Positions 39,350 to 52,654 are shown, counted from the first letter of the stretch. The stretch is 64,000 nucleotides of DNA from Octopus vulgaris (GCA_951406725.2 OX597823.1:15624001-15688000), one strand, 5' to 3'. Translations and numbers: made by a program. Notes: generated by a model from the letters alone, not told the origin.

Positions 39350-39996
39350 TTATTTACTTTTAATCTGCATGCTTGTTACAATTACTCGCTGAGACACACC
39401 CAGCATCCTAGGACAAGTGAAGGATAAGAGATGTTATAGTATGACTGAAAGCTTGGGGAGAGCAAGTGACAGGGGCAGTTGCGAAATATCCTCACGTAAT
39501 ACAACATACACATTTAAATTGATAGGGTTTTTCTAAGGATGTGGACAGTACTTGTCCGTCCAATCTTTCAGATTTCTCTGAGACATGGTTCTCCTGGGAT
39601 ATCATCTTGCTGTTTCTGACATCCCTTTCTTATCCTATAAAGGGCACACACAATAACAAGAACAGTTCTCGCTTTGAGATGCCACATCTTTTGTATTTCA
39701 ATTTCCAGGTCCTTATATCTACTTAATTTGTCAAATTCCTTTACAGATATATTTTTATCAGGGGGAGCACTTACATCTATTAATCTACAAGTATTTTCTT
39801 CTCTTTCTTTAACGACTACGTTTGGTCGATTAACCTGGATCATTCTGTTGGTTGTTGACAGGAAAATCCCAGACAATTGTGACATTTTTACCTTCAACAA
39901 CTGGCTCAGGATGATGTTCATACCAATAAGCAGGCGTGTTTACTTTGTAGTGTTTACATATTTTCCAATGTAAATACTGTCCTACCCTATCATGGC
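39350..39996 (-). mobile_element. 5'-truncated R4/Dong-like LINE (restriction-like endonuclease domain)
   Basis: HDRVGQYLHWKIC...WYEH...IVWDF...NRPNVVV...LIDVSAP...KEFDKLSRYKDL. (TAA)n on both sides. Confidence 0.85.
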
Positions 39997-39997
39997 A

Positions 39998-40045
<48 letters not shown>

Positions 40046-41244
40046 CATTATTAATGTAATTAATTTGATAAAAAGAGATAAGTAATTTTATGTTTCAGTC
40101 AACTTAAACATTGTCTCATATTAAGACAGGCCAAATGAGACTAATTCAATGTTCTAGAAAATATTATCAAGTGGATTTTCTAGAGTTAACACCTTGTTTG
40201 AATGTAACATGTGCACAAGTAGATCATGGTAAAGAAGTAGAAAGAAAAGAAGTTAAAATATGTTTTTAAACCAATGAAGTTGAAATTGACAAATGGTTTT
40301 CCATTCAATTTTGTGTGTCTTGCGATTAAAGATAGTTGAAAATGGAGCTGTTTTTATTCTGTTTTGACGTTTCTGTAATATTTGTGGAAATGGTAGCATT
40401 GTAACAGTTGTTTATCTCCAGTTCAACTCTAATCAAGTAACCCAAGAATCAAAAGCATTCCAGCTGTGATCACCTAGTTTTTTTTAATGATATTTAATAC
40501 TAGGGTGGTTGATTGGCTGAACCATTAGAGCATCAGAAAAATACCTTGTGGTATTTATTCCAGCTCTTTATGTTCTGAGTTCAAATCCCATTGCAGTTAA
40601 CATTGCCTTTCATCCTTTGAGGGTCCAAAAAAAATAATAAAGTACCATACAAATAGTATACATTGTCATATCGTAAGATATCCAATCTTAGTTGCTTGTC
40701 TATAGGAAGAATAGTATATAGCAGGAAAAATAGTACATACCAGGAAGAATAGTATATAGTACATACCAGCCTGTATTCAAGCCAGTGTTTAGATCTAATA
40801 GTGAGGCAGACTAAAATGATTTGAGTCACTTGGTCTGAAAACATGCACTTGAACAGCCTCTCCAATATCTGCAAAACTATAAGCTAAAAAGACACCGATC
40901 ATTTTCATAGTACTACTACAACTACTTATAACCATCAGTACTAATTTTCAACAACAAGGTATTACAATGCCTTTGATTTAAGTTTTTTATCCAGTTAGTA
41001 CAATTCAGTGCTGAAAATAGGATATGAATGGTTCATCTCTAAGTTGGTAGTTTGGTATCCTAATAATTCACACATCAATGACCGAGTATACTTTTTGTTC
41101 TTTTACTTGTTCCAGCCAGTGACTTTCTGTGGCGTTAAACTTCGGAGAAACATATTACTTTAGAAAGGACACCAGGTTGTTATGAGTGCCTTGTCTCCAA
41201 GCACACAAATTTTTTTGGTATTTTTAGTGAAGTAAACTATTCTA

Positions 41245-41810
41245 TTGGGTTGTCCAGAAAGTTCATGCCGATTTATAGTAGCTTACCTTTTGAGTTATTT
41301 TAGAACATGGTTGAGTCCATAAAATAGGATTTGACTACACCTCCATTTAGAGCACAGTTTAAGCTATCTTTTTGGGGAAGAAGATTTATGTTCCTATAAC
41401 CTGTGTTAATTCTGTAACCCTTTAAAATGGAAGATAAAGAAAGTTCATTTTCAGCACTTGATGCTTTGGGAACTAGACAAAAATTGCTGCAGCTTGGCTG
41501 GGATGTGTTACCCCACCCTCCATATTCACCAGATAGTGCTCCTTTGGATTTCCACTTATTCAGGTCTCTGCAGAATAGTTTTAATGGTAAAAATTTCAAT
41601 TCCTTGGATGACGTAAAAAGATACCTTGATGAATTCTTTGCCATGAAACCACCTCAATTCTGGGAAGAGGGTATTTTCAAGTTAAAGGAAAGATGGAGAC
41701 ACATTGTGCAACAAAATGGTTCGTATTTGGTTGATTGAAAATGTAATGGCAAGTATTTATTGACCTTTTTCTTTCCTTTAAAAATCGGCACAACTTTCCG
41801 GACAACCCAA
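41245..41810 (+). mobile_element. Internally deleted mariner (copy 2)
   Basis: TA-TTGGGTTGTCCAGAAAG...CTTTCCGGACAACCCAA-TA. ORF 41427-41738 contains LPHPPYSPDSAPLDFHLF. Confidence 0.92.
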
Positions 41811-42485
41811 TATCAAGCAGTGCCTACTTCCAGCTAGTGAAGGAGTGTGACTAATTGGTTAGGGTATTCAGATCATGATTGTAAGGTTGTGTGCTTGATT
41901 CCCAGTGGTGCATTATGTCCTTGAGCAAGATGCTTTATTTCATGTTGCTTCCATCCACTCAGCTGGCAAAAAATGAATTGTACCTGTGATCCAAAGGGCT
42001 AGCCTTGTCACATTCCATGTCATGCTGAATCTCCTCAAGAACTATGTTAAAAGTATGTGCTCAGCCACTTGCATGATAATTTCACAAGCAGGCTGTTCTG
42101 TTGATTAGGTCAACAGGAACACTTGTCGTCATAACCGATGGAGTGCCAATTACTTCCAACTAGGTGAACTGGATTTTTTGAGGATGAGCATTTTATCCAC
42201 AGATATAACACAGTGCCAGTGTTTGGATGTGAATCATTGCCCAGTTGTGTCGTACACTTTCAATTTAGTAGTTCGTACTGTCATACATGTATGTATGTGT
42301 GTGTGTCTCACTCTCTTACCCTACACTCACACACACACTCACACTCACACATATACATACATACATACATTATATATACATCCCTGTCATATTGTGGTAA
42401 TTAAATAAGGTGACAAATATTATAACATAAACTAGAATACAAATGGAGTGAGAGATTGACTTAATCTGTTACCATGTTTAATATC

Positions 42486-42752
42486 GTGGAGGTGCGTGGC
42501 TTAGTGGTTAGGGTGTCAGCATCATGATCATAAGATTGTGGTTTCGATTCCTGGACCGGGTGACACGTTATATTCTTGAGCAAAACCCTTCATTTCACGT
42601 TGCTCCAGTCCACTCAGCTGGCAAAAAAGAGTAACGCTTCGGTGGACTGATGTCCCATCCAGCTGGGAAACACATACGCCATTGAAACCGGGGAAACCGG
42701 GCCCATGAGCCTGGCTAGGCTTTAAAAGGGCACATTTATTATTTTTTTTTTA
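42486..42752 (+). mobile_element. tRNA-derived SINE with 12-bp TSD
   Basis: A and B boxes (TGGCTTAGTGG, GGTTTCGATTCC). TSD ATGTTTAATATC at 42474-42485 and 42753-42764. Confidence 0.85.
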
Positions 42753-43958
42753 ATGTTTAATATCACCATCTAATTATTTGGTTACTATTAACAAGTCAGC
42801 TCTGTTACAAAAATTTAGACCATGTCTCAGACCTGAAGATGACTACTGAGTTATGGAGCTTTCTTTTGCCCCATTATTAGGTGCCCTGCAGAAAAATGTC
42901 AGTAGGAACTTCTCTGACTAAGAAAAAGGTCATGCTTACCTCCTCTGGCTAATTCTTAAAAACAAGGAAATTTATCAAACAAAAAAAGAAGACGCATATT
43001 TAATTGGGTGTTCACTGTGTTATCAAATAGTGCAGAAAATGTATTCATATAAAATTTGTTATTATTATTTATTATCAGTTGTCTGTAGACAAAACTATAA
43101 CATCCTCAGGTCATAATTTTTTCTGAGCAAAATAGTGTCAACTGATTGCAAGTTCTTGTTGAATGGCTTTTATTCCAGAGATTTGCTTCTCTTTGGTGGA
43201 TCGCCTTCACTATGATTGGTGAGCACCATCTACCCTTGACTATACAGGATGGCTGTTGATTCTCCTTAGTGTCTCCGGTCTTTGGCAGGTCTTGATTTTC
43301 AGCTCACAGACTGTATAAAAATCAAACTCTTCACCAAGTAAGCTTGGTGTAGTTACCAGTTTAGTTGCTGATAACCTGATCATGCATCAGGTTGTATTGG
43401 GTTACATGTTTCCAGTGGTGCATGAGCAACCTAATATATAAAAAATTACATATTAAATCATATCTGGTCGAAGTGCTAAGTCAACATCTGTATTGAATCC
43501 AGATATTTTAAAAGAATTCCACCAAAATCCAAATTGAAAAGGTTGATTTTTAAGCACAGGTACAAGGCAAAAAAAATATATATATATATCTATATACTTA
43601 ATTTGTATTTTTTTCTACAATAATAATGATGATTTCTAACTATAGCACAATACCATACATTTTGGGGGAGGTTATACTAAATATTATTGACCTCTAGCAC
43701 AAAAATGATGCTTATTGTATTGACATTGAAAGGATAGAAAGAAAGTAAAATCTAGCAAACTCTGAAGTTAATGTCCCTATGACTTAGCTGCTTCAGCAAA
43801 TGAGACCAATAGAATAAATACCAGATTTGGAAAAATAAGTACTTGGGGCAGTTTGCTTGACTACTAAACCCTTCAAGGTGGTGCTCCAGTATGGCTGCAG
43901 TCCAATAACTAAAGCAAGTGAATGATAAAAGAGGAATACTGAAATTATTTATTTTTAA

Positions 43959-44345
43959 CTAGCAGTATCACCCGGCATTGCTCAGGTTTGTAAGGGAAAT
44001 AACTATATAAGCATTTTTAGAGATGTAAAGTATAATAGCCATCTCAATATGGCTAACCACAAAGGGTTACTGTAGCTTTTTACGTTCTGAGATTTAATAA
44101 ATTTTTAGAGAGTTACTTCCCTTATATATGCCAAAAATGCATTAAAAATGGGAAAAATTGATGGTAAATTTTTTTTTAAATTGTAGACTCATCGTAGGCA
44201 TGCACTAATACCCAGAAGGGCTTGATATGAATCACGACTATAAGATACCCGGTTTTGGTTAAACTGCACCGCAAAATGTGGGAGTAGTTAGGAATCAAAA
44301 TCGTAGGAGACAGACAGCACACAACCTCACTTTTATATATAAAGA
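43959..44345 (-). mobile_element. Non-autonomous Helitron
   Basis: On the minus strand A|TC...hairpin...CTAG|T. Near-identical to 46021-46420. Confidence 0.8.
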
Positions 44346-44474
44346 TAAGCTGGTCATGGATGAAATAACAGCTAAATACTAATAAAACAATTTTAAAAAA
44401 ATCTCATTGTAAATAAATTCCCGAAGTTTCAACATAGAATTGAAGCAGAGCTATGAATGTTAACCAACACTTCC

Positions 44475-45045
44475 TTAACACTTTAGCATTTAAACCAGCC
44501 ATATCCAGCCTTTCACACCAACCTTACAATATCATTCTTAAAATAGACAATCACATCATTGAATCTCAAAGCTACAAGATACAAGACAATCCATGATTAA
44601 TTCGAGTGGCTGTGTGGTAAGTAGCTTGCTTACGAACCACATGGTTCTGGGTTCAGTCCCACTGCATGGCACCTTGGGCAAGTATCTTCTACTATAGCCT
44701 TGGGCCAATCAAAGCCTTGTGAGTGGATTTGGTAGACGGAAACTGAAAGAAGCCCGTCGTATATATGTATATATATATATGCATGTGTGTGTTTGTGTAT
44801 CTGTGTTTATCCCCCTAGCATTGCTTGACAACCGATGCTGGTGTGTTTACGTCCCCGTAACCTAGTGGTTTGGCAAAAGAGACCGATAGAATAAGTACTA
44901 GGATTACAAAGAATAAGTCCTGGGGTCAATTTGCTCAACGAAAGGCGGTGCTCCAGCATGACCACAGTCAAATGACTGAAACAAGTAAAAGAGTCAAAGA
45001 GTAAATATTACATTTGACAGAGGATTCTGAATCCTAATGGGTTAA
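44475..45045. mobile_element. piggyBac MITE family 1 interrupted by SINE family A (~44603-45003, +)
   Basis: TTAA ends at 44475 and 45042-45045. MITE sequence resumes after the SINE tail. Confidence 0.8.
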
Positions 45046-45987
45046 CCTTTATCACTTCTGCTGGAACACTTCACTTGCTTCCTCATGAAACAGACATCAA
45101 AACAATGGTAACAATGATACCGCTTAAAACAGAAGTCATTAGATTTTATCACAAAACAAAGAATTCATTTGATCTCCGACACTCCCAGCCACTTCATTGG
45201 TGACTAATTATATACACTCTCACTCTTTATCTATCTATCTATCTATCTATTTATCAGATCCACACACACACACACACATCATCATCATCCATCATCCTCA
45301 TCATCCTTTAACATCCGTTTTCCATGCTGAAAATATAACCATCATCATTTAGCATCCGTTTTCCATGTTAGCATGAATTTGATTGGATTTGACTGGAACT
45401 GGTAAGCCGGAGAGCTGTACCAGGCTCCAGTCTGATTTTGGCTTGGTTTCTACAGCATGGCTGCCCTTCCTAACACCAACCACTCCGAAAGTGTAGTGGG
45501 TGCCTTTTACGTGTCACATGCACAGGCCACAACTATGGTTTCACTTGGCTTGGCATGTCTTCTCAAACACAGCAAATTGCCAAAGGTCTCAATCATTTAC
45601 CATTGCCACTGTGAAACTCAACATCCAAAAAACATGGTTTACCACCTCATCCCATGTATTCCTGAGGCTACGTTTTCCATCGGTTCCTTAACATAACATA
45701 ACGTAACATAACAATTATTTTCACACTGGTGGCTGCCATGATTTGGTGCAAAGCGAATCAGTTGCAGTGCAGACTTAAACATGACAGGTTTGGGCTCTCT
45801 ATCATGGTAACATGTGCTGAGTTAGGTGAGGCTATTATGTCAGTCCAGAAACCAGTCCACGTGAGTCCAAATACTTGAATGTATACTGATAGATTGTTTT
45901 AGTTCATTTGCCTTTGAGCAGTTGATTTCTATAGTTATTATCAGTGAATTTTGGTGATTTAAATAAATTTTGACTATTATTTCCAGT

Positions 45988-46020
<33 letters not shown>

Positions 46021-46420
46021 CTAGCAGTATCGCCCGGCGTTGCTCGGGTTTGTAAGGGAAATAACTATATAAGCATTTTTAGGAGATGTAAAGTATAATA
46101 GCCATCTCAATATGGCTAACCACAAAGGGGGGTGTTACTGTAGCTTTTTACGTTCTGAGATTTAATAATACATTTTTAGAGAGTTACTTCCCTTATATAA
46201 TAGCAAAAAAATGCATTAAAAATGGGAAAAATTGATGGTAAATTTTTTTTTAAATCATAGACTCATCATAGACGCGCGCTAATACCCAGAAGGGCTCGAT
46301 ATGAATCACGACTATAAGATACCCGGTTTTGGTTAAACTGCACCGCAAAATGTGGGAGTAGTTAGGAATCTAGATCGTAGGAGACAGACACTCACACAAC
46401 TTCACTTTTATATATAAAAA
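46021..46420 (-). mobile_element. Non-autonomous Helitron
   Basis: Minus-strand 3' end CCCGAGCAACGCCGGGCGATACTGCTAG. Confidence 0.82.
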
Positions 46421-46816
46421 TAACAATTTAATAAATAAAACATATGCATACATACATATATGTACATACCTACATCTATATGTATATATACATGTATATA
46501 TGAGTACAGGACACCACAAATAAACATAGAACACGACGAGAAACAAAAACATAAATTCAAGCAAGGAAACAGACTTTTTTTAACAACGAAAAAACAGAGT
46601 ACAGGACAAACAATACAAGGAAAATTCCCCTTCATCAGCTGCCCCTGTTTCGACTCGTAAGTTTTTATTTATATATACACACACACACACACACATATAA
46701 CTATATATATAAATACATACATTCATACATACACAAAAACACATATTTATATTTGTATACATACCATATACACACATATGTATGTACACACACCATATAC
46801 ACATATGTATGTGTAT

Positions 46817-46817
<1 letters not shown>

Positions 46818-46883
<66 letters not shown>

Positions 46884-46969
46884 TACATACATACATACAT
46901 ACATACATACATACATACATACATACATACATACATACATACATACATACATACATACATACATACATA
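46818..46969. repeat. Long (CA)n-(CATA)n microsatellite
   Basis: Read directly from the sequence. Confidence 0.95.
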
Positions 46970-47305
46970 GAATTTAATGTTTATAATTGAAAATCTTCAC
47001 CATTTTACTTTATTACATACAAATTATCCTTGGCCACTAACATACAAATTATTTTCAGTAAGTCAAAATATTACTTCCAATCTTCAGGCAAGTGGAAGCT
47101 GTACTAAGTCCATAGTTCTTTCTTGTCTGCTACGAAGATCAGATTGTCTGTTCCCTGACATATAAATTAATTCAATAAAATTATTCTCAATTTCTTGAAA
47201 TTATCGCCCTTCTTCCTTGAGAGTCACTAAACTCTTTCTAGATGCTTCTTACTATCTCCTACTTATATATACAATGTATACACATGAGTGTGTGTGTGTG
47301 TGTGC

Positions 47306-47338
<33 letters not shown>

Positions 47339-47602
47339 CATGAGAAAGAAATAACCTTTCTACCTTATAATTAAGTGATTAAGTAATTTTATGGTTGTTT
47401 TTGAGATTTTTTTTTAGGCTTTTGTTTTTGGATTTGTTTTGTGATTTGTAACAAGGATTATGTTGGTGGAAAAACCTGGAAACACTTTTAGGCTCTGAGA
47501 TTAAATCTTGGTAAACTGTTGCAGGTATTAATTACTTTCCTTGATAACTTGCACATAGCTTCACTGAGAAGGATGAGAGAAACCATATGTAGTAATATTA
47601 TT

Positions 47603-47624
47603 GATGATGATGATGATGATGATG

Positions 47625-47703
<79 letters not shown>
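47603..47703. repeat. (GAT)n-(TAA)n microsatellite
   Basis: Read directly from the sequence. Confidence 0.95.
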
Positions 47704-47705
<2 letters not shown>

Positions 47706-48200
47706 AAGACGTGGTATAAGCACAAACTGCAGAGACTGGCAAAATCCTCTGGGATTTTCCAATCCAAACAGATCAGGTCCTAGAGCATAACAGACAGAAC
47801 CTAGTGGTGGTGGTCAACATGTACGATATATGCTATATATTTGATGTTGCATACCCCTTTGACCCACGAATAGTCAAGAAGGAAGGCGAAAAGATAGATA
47901 GATAGATACAACCCTGTTATATGGAAAATGAAGAAGGTGAAGATAGTGCCAATTATTGCTGGGTCCTTGGGAACAGTACCAGAAGGCATCAAGGAGAATA
48001 TAAAAGAAATTGGAATAGAGAGCCCAGTAGAACTGTGACAAAAGGTTTGCTCCCTTGGCACGGTCAGAATAATCAGGAAAGTATTGGATAGCTGAAAGGA
48101 ATGGATAGCATGGTATTGTAGGCTGCAAGCAGCAAGCTCGCTATGCATGTAAGACTCCAGGAGCTCCAACAAAACCTCTGATAAAGAGAAATAACAACAA
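47704..48200 (+). mobile_element. 5'-truncated R4/Dong-like LINE fragment
   Basis: KTWYKH...ILWDFPIQTD...HNR...FDVAYPFD...VKIVPIIAGSLGTVP. Begins directly after (TAA)n and ends at ataacaacaacaac. Confidence 0.78.
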
Positions 48201-48262
48201 CAACAATATTCAGCTATCCAATATTGAGGTCTCATTCGTTTGTTGTCACTTTTTATCATTAT

Positions 48263-48345
<83 letters not shown>

Positions 48346-48348
<3 letters not shown>

Positions 48349-48640
48349 GAGGCGCAATGGCCTAGTGGTTAGGGCAGCGGACTCGCGGTCGTAGGATCGC
48401 GGTTTCGATTCCCAGACCGGGCGTTGTGAGTGTTTATTGAGCGAAAACACCTAAAAGCTTCACGAGGCTCCGGCAGGGGGTGGTGATCCCTGCTGTACTC
48501 TTTCACCACTCTTTCTTCTGTTGGCCTGCTCGCTTAGCCAGCAGGGTGGCATCATTCGAAGGCTAAAACAATGCGAACGCATTGTGACCAGCGATGTGTA
48601 ACTACATCTGATGGACTGGTCGGTCACGTGATGGTGATGA
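48346..48640 (+). mobile_element. Young tRNA-derived SINE (family B) within a (TA)n array
   Basis: A box TGGCCTAGTGG, B box GGTTTCGATTCC, intact CpGs, non-tRNA body. Second copy at 57135-57303. Confidence 0.85.
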
Positions 48641-49216
48641 TATATATATATATATATATCTGTTATACATTTTAAATAACACTCAAAACTATGGTTGTAT
48701 GATATTCCTATCTTGTTATATGCATGTACATACACAAACACCCATTCATATAAAAACCACATACACCCAAGAATCTACATGGCCATAATTAAGATATATG
48801 ATCTAATCCCAATCACAACATATCCTGCTGAAATTAATCAATGCCATCAACTTCCTTCCTTATATCGAAACAAATAAGAACCCAATTTCCTAGACATATG
48901 ATTCCAAATCTTCCATCAGTGAATTATCAACCAATTTCATCTACAAATATAGAAACTGCTGCAATTTTGTAAAAACTAACAGGATTTCTTATTTGCACAC
49001 TATTTGCCAATTTTTGAAGAAATGCAACATATATATAGGTACAGACATGGCTGTTGGTTAAGAAGCTTGCTCTATAACCATATGGTTTTGGGTTCAGCCC
49101 CACTGCATGGCAGATTGGGCGAGTGACTTCTAATAAAGTTCTGGGTCAACCAATGCCTTATCAGCAAGTTTGGTGGACAGGAAATGTGGATAAGCTTGTT
49201 GTGTACATGTTGCGTG

Positions 49217-49275
<59 letters not shown>

Positions 49276-49425
49276 ATACATACATATACACACACACACA
49301 TATCTTCATCACATATGCATGCATGCATGAATGTATGTATTTATGTACTTATGTAAGTATGCATTTATTATGTATGTTATATGAATGCACATATGTATGT
49401 GTGTATGTATGCATATATGTGTATA

Positions 49426-49810
49426 GGCGCAGGAGTGGCTGTGTGGTAAGTAGCTTGTTTACCAACCACATGGTTCCGGGTTCAGTCCCGCTGCGTGGCA
49501 CCTTGGGCAAGTGTATTCTACTATAGCCTCGGGCCGACCAAAGCCTTGTGAGTGGATTTGGTAGACAGAAACTGAAAGAAGCCCGTCGTATATATGTATA
49601 TATATGCGTGTGTGTGTCTGTGTTTGTCCCCTAGCATTGCTTGACAACCGATGCTGGTGTGTTTATGTCCCCGTTACTTAGCAGTTTGGCAAAAGAGACC
49701 GATAGAATAAGTACTGGGCTTACAAAAGAATAAGTCCCGAGGTCGAGTTGCTCGATTAAAGGCGGTGCTCCAGCATGGCCGCAGTCAAATGACTGAAACA
49801 AGAAAAAGAG
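49426..49810 (+). mobile_element. SINE family A, full length
   Basis: ggcgcaggagtggctgtgtgg...gactgaaacaagaaaaagag. Confidence 0.9.
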
Positions 49811-50167
49811 TATATGTATGTATGCATGTATATGTGCATTTGTATTTGAGTTTGTTCCCCACCACCACCAGCATTTGTTACTTAGTGGTTTGGCAAAAGG
49901 GATCAATACAGTAAGTACCAGATTTAAAAATAAGTTCATAGATTGATTTGTTCGACTAAACCCTGCAAGGCGGAGCAACCCCTCCCATCCCCACCCCACC
50001 CCTGCATAGCCAGTGTCCAAGGACTGAAACAAGTTAAGAATAAAAGATAATTGTAAGAACGAAGTGTGGTCGAGTGGTTATTATATTGGACTACTAACTT
50101 ACCGTTCATAAGTTCAATTGCCCTGAAGGTATTTCGTTGTGTTATAAGGCAAATTATTCAGTTTCTT

Positions 50168-50766
50168 ATTTCTTTACTGTCCATAAGGGGCTACACACAG
50201 AGGGGACAAACAAGGATAGACAAACGGATTAAGTCGATTATATCAACCCCAGTGTGTAACTGGTACTTATTTGATTGACCCCGAAAGGATGAAAGGCAAA
50301 GTTGACCTTGGCGGAATTTGAACTCAGAACGTAGCGGCAGACGAAATACCTATTTCTTTACTACCCACAAGGGGCTACACACAGAGGGGACAAACAAGGC
50401 CAGACAAATGGATTAAGTCGATTATATCAACCCCAGTGTGTAACTGGTACTTATTTGATTGACCCCGAAAGGATGAAAGGCAAAGTTGACCTTGGCGGAA
50501 TTTGAACTCAGAACGTAGCGGCAGACGAAATACCTATTTCTTTACTACCCACAAGGGGCTAAACGCAGAGGGAACAAACAAGGACAGACAAACGGATTAA
50601 GTCGATTATATCAACCTCAGTGCGTAACTGGTACTTATTTAATCGACCATGAAAGGATGAAAGGCAAAGTCGACCTCGGCGGAATTTGAACTCAGAACAT
50701 AGCGGCAGATGAAATACCGCTAAGCATTTCGCCCAGCGTGCTAATGTTTCTGCCAACTCGCCACCT
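50168..50766 (-). mobile_element. SINE family N with body triplicated in tandem (184-bp period)
   Basis: Units start at 50168, 50352 and 50536. A single head at ~50720-50766. Confidence 0.9.
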
Positions 50767-51145
50767 TATTATTCAATTTCTACACATGTACAGACTGTGT
50801 TGTTAAGAAGTTCACATAGTTTTCGGCTCAGTCTCAACGTGTGGTACCTTGGACAAGTGTCTAAAAAGTTTCCCAATAGATTGATTTGTTAAGGATTTGA
50901 TGATCTTAAGGTGCAGTTTTGATAGTTTTGTTAGGTAAAGTTTGGGTCTGGAGTGAAGAAAATAATGAGGTGTATTTAGAGAATTGTTGTCAATCAAGGA
51001 CACAAAGAGACCAAGAAACTAAGTGATGCAGACTGTACAACATGAGAATCTCTGCTGCTTGTTGGAGACCAGCAGATTATGTAGGAGATCTAGGCTTCAG
51101 CGGGTATTGAAGTCACGAAGAATATTTCAGAGAGAAAGAGAAGTG

Positions 51146-51563
51146 GGATCTTTTCGGTTTGAACGGCAGTTTTTTCTAGTGGTGTCATATGAAATTCTCA
51201 CCCATAATTATAACCTTAGTATCGATCTATTGCATTTCAATCTGTTTTAGGGTTAGGGTTAGGGGTGGGGGGAAGGGTATCTTTTTTTCTTCACAAATGT
51301 AAATAAACCCAATCTGTTTCTTAAACGAGGGACATATTCATACAGCACAGAATGTTTTTTTACCTCAATAGGCATATGTGATTGGTTGAAATTGCAGAAA
51401 TTGAAGAAAAAAAACAACAAATATCTTACAAACTATAGAATTTTCTCAATAAAGCCAAGAGAAAAAGATGTTTTATAAACACATTCTACCAGTATATGAA
51501 GTTTAAAATTTTTTAGTTACCTAGAAATTATGTTAAAAACTGCCGTTCAAACTGAAAAGATCC
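51146..51563. mobile_element. 418-bp MITE, ~29-bp TIRs, 8-bp TSD, superfamily uncertain
   Basis: GGATCTTTTCGGTTTGAACGGCAGTTTTT / AAAAACTGCCGTTCAAACTGAAAAGATCC. TSD GAGAAGTG at 51138-51145 and 51564-51571. Confidence 0.92.
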
Positions 51564-51967
51564 GAGAAGTGAAATGTTCAGTGTAAGATAAGAATTATAC
51601 AGCTACTGGTGGATGGAGGTGTTTAGAAACAAATGAAATAAGAGAAGTGGGTTAAGAAACTTTCTATGAGAGTAATTGATAGTCTTTAGAGCAAATAAAT
51701 TACCAGGATAGAAAAATGAGTCATAGGAAGAGTAAAATCCTCATAAACAAGGACATTGCTCTCTTGAAAGCCGGAGCTAATAGGGTAGTAAGGACAGCAG
51801 AAACAGAGCATGAGAAAAATTGTTGTTTAACCCTGAGTCACACTTGGTTAGGCAGACCCATGCTGAATGGTGTTCCAGCTAAGACTACCCTATCTTTTAT
51901 ACAGACTTTGTGAATCTAGGATCACATTATCCTCCAATGCATAGTTACTTTTTTTTTTATTTATTTA

Positions 51968-52224
51968 TCTTTTACTTGTTTTAGTCACTAGACTGCGGCC
52001 ATACTGGGGCACCACCTTGAATTTTTTAGTTGAATGAATCAATCACAGTATTTCATTTTAAAAAAAAAAAGTGTTACTTATTCTATCAGTATCCTTTGCA
52101 GAACTGCTAAGTTATGGGGACACAAACACACCAACACTAGGTGTCAAGTGGTGGTGGGGGTGGGGGCATAAACAGGCATAAAGACACACACATACATATA
52201 TATTATATATATGTATGTATGTAT

Positions 52225-52264
<40 letters not shown>

Positions 52265-52408
52265 CAGGCTTCTTTCAGTTTCTGTCTACTAAAAATATTC
52301 ACAAGGCTTTGGTCAGCCCGAGGCTATAGCAGAAGACATTTGCCCAAGGTGCTCTGCAGTGGGACTGTTGGCAAGCAAGCTTCTTACTGCACAGTCACAC
52401 CTGTGCCT
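51968..52408 (-). mobile_element. SINE family A, diverged
   Basis: Same head, body and tail order as the 52655-53050 copy. Confidence 0.75.
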
Positions 52409-52654
52409 CTTGATTTTTTTTTTCAAGATAGTGTTTGTGTGTGATGTGAGGGAGATTTGGTTGCTATATCTAGCAAGCTGACCATATACAGGGCTGCTTA
52501 TTGGATCATTAAAGTTTTGTTTCAGAGAATAATGAGAATGAAACCAGAATCTATGGCCAAGACACTAAGCTTTCACTGGCTGAGTCTGAGTAGAAAAGCT
52601 CAGCTCACTACTGTCAAAATGAAATGATTGGAGTACTGAGTCCCATTACTCTCT

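Noticed and set aside
41427-41738. 103-aa ORF as a domesticated SETMAR-like gene
   Set aside because: Lies between mariner TIRs, lacks the DNA-binding domain and first catalytic residues, and the sister copy is disrupted.
46580-46990. MYVC/HT/YI-repeat ORFs (also 29918-30536 and 32680-33075)
   Set aside because: Translations of microsatellites.
47070-47250. Apparent minus-strand terminal exon (NRQSDLRSRQERTMDLVQLPLA*)
   Set aside because: Weak acceptor; neighbouring frames look like a decayed LINE 3' end; no recognisable host protein.
48346-48420. tRNA-like sequence
   Set aside because: It is a SINE head: no proper acceptor stem, continues into a SINE body, and recurs at 57135-57303.
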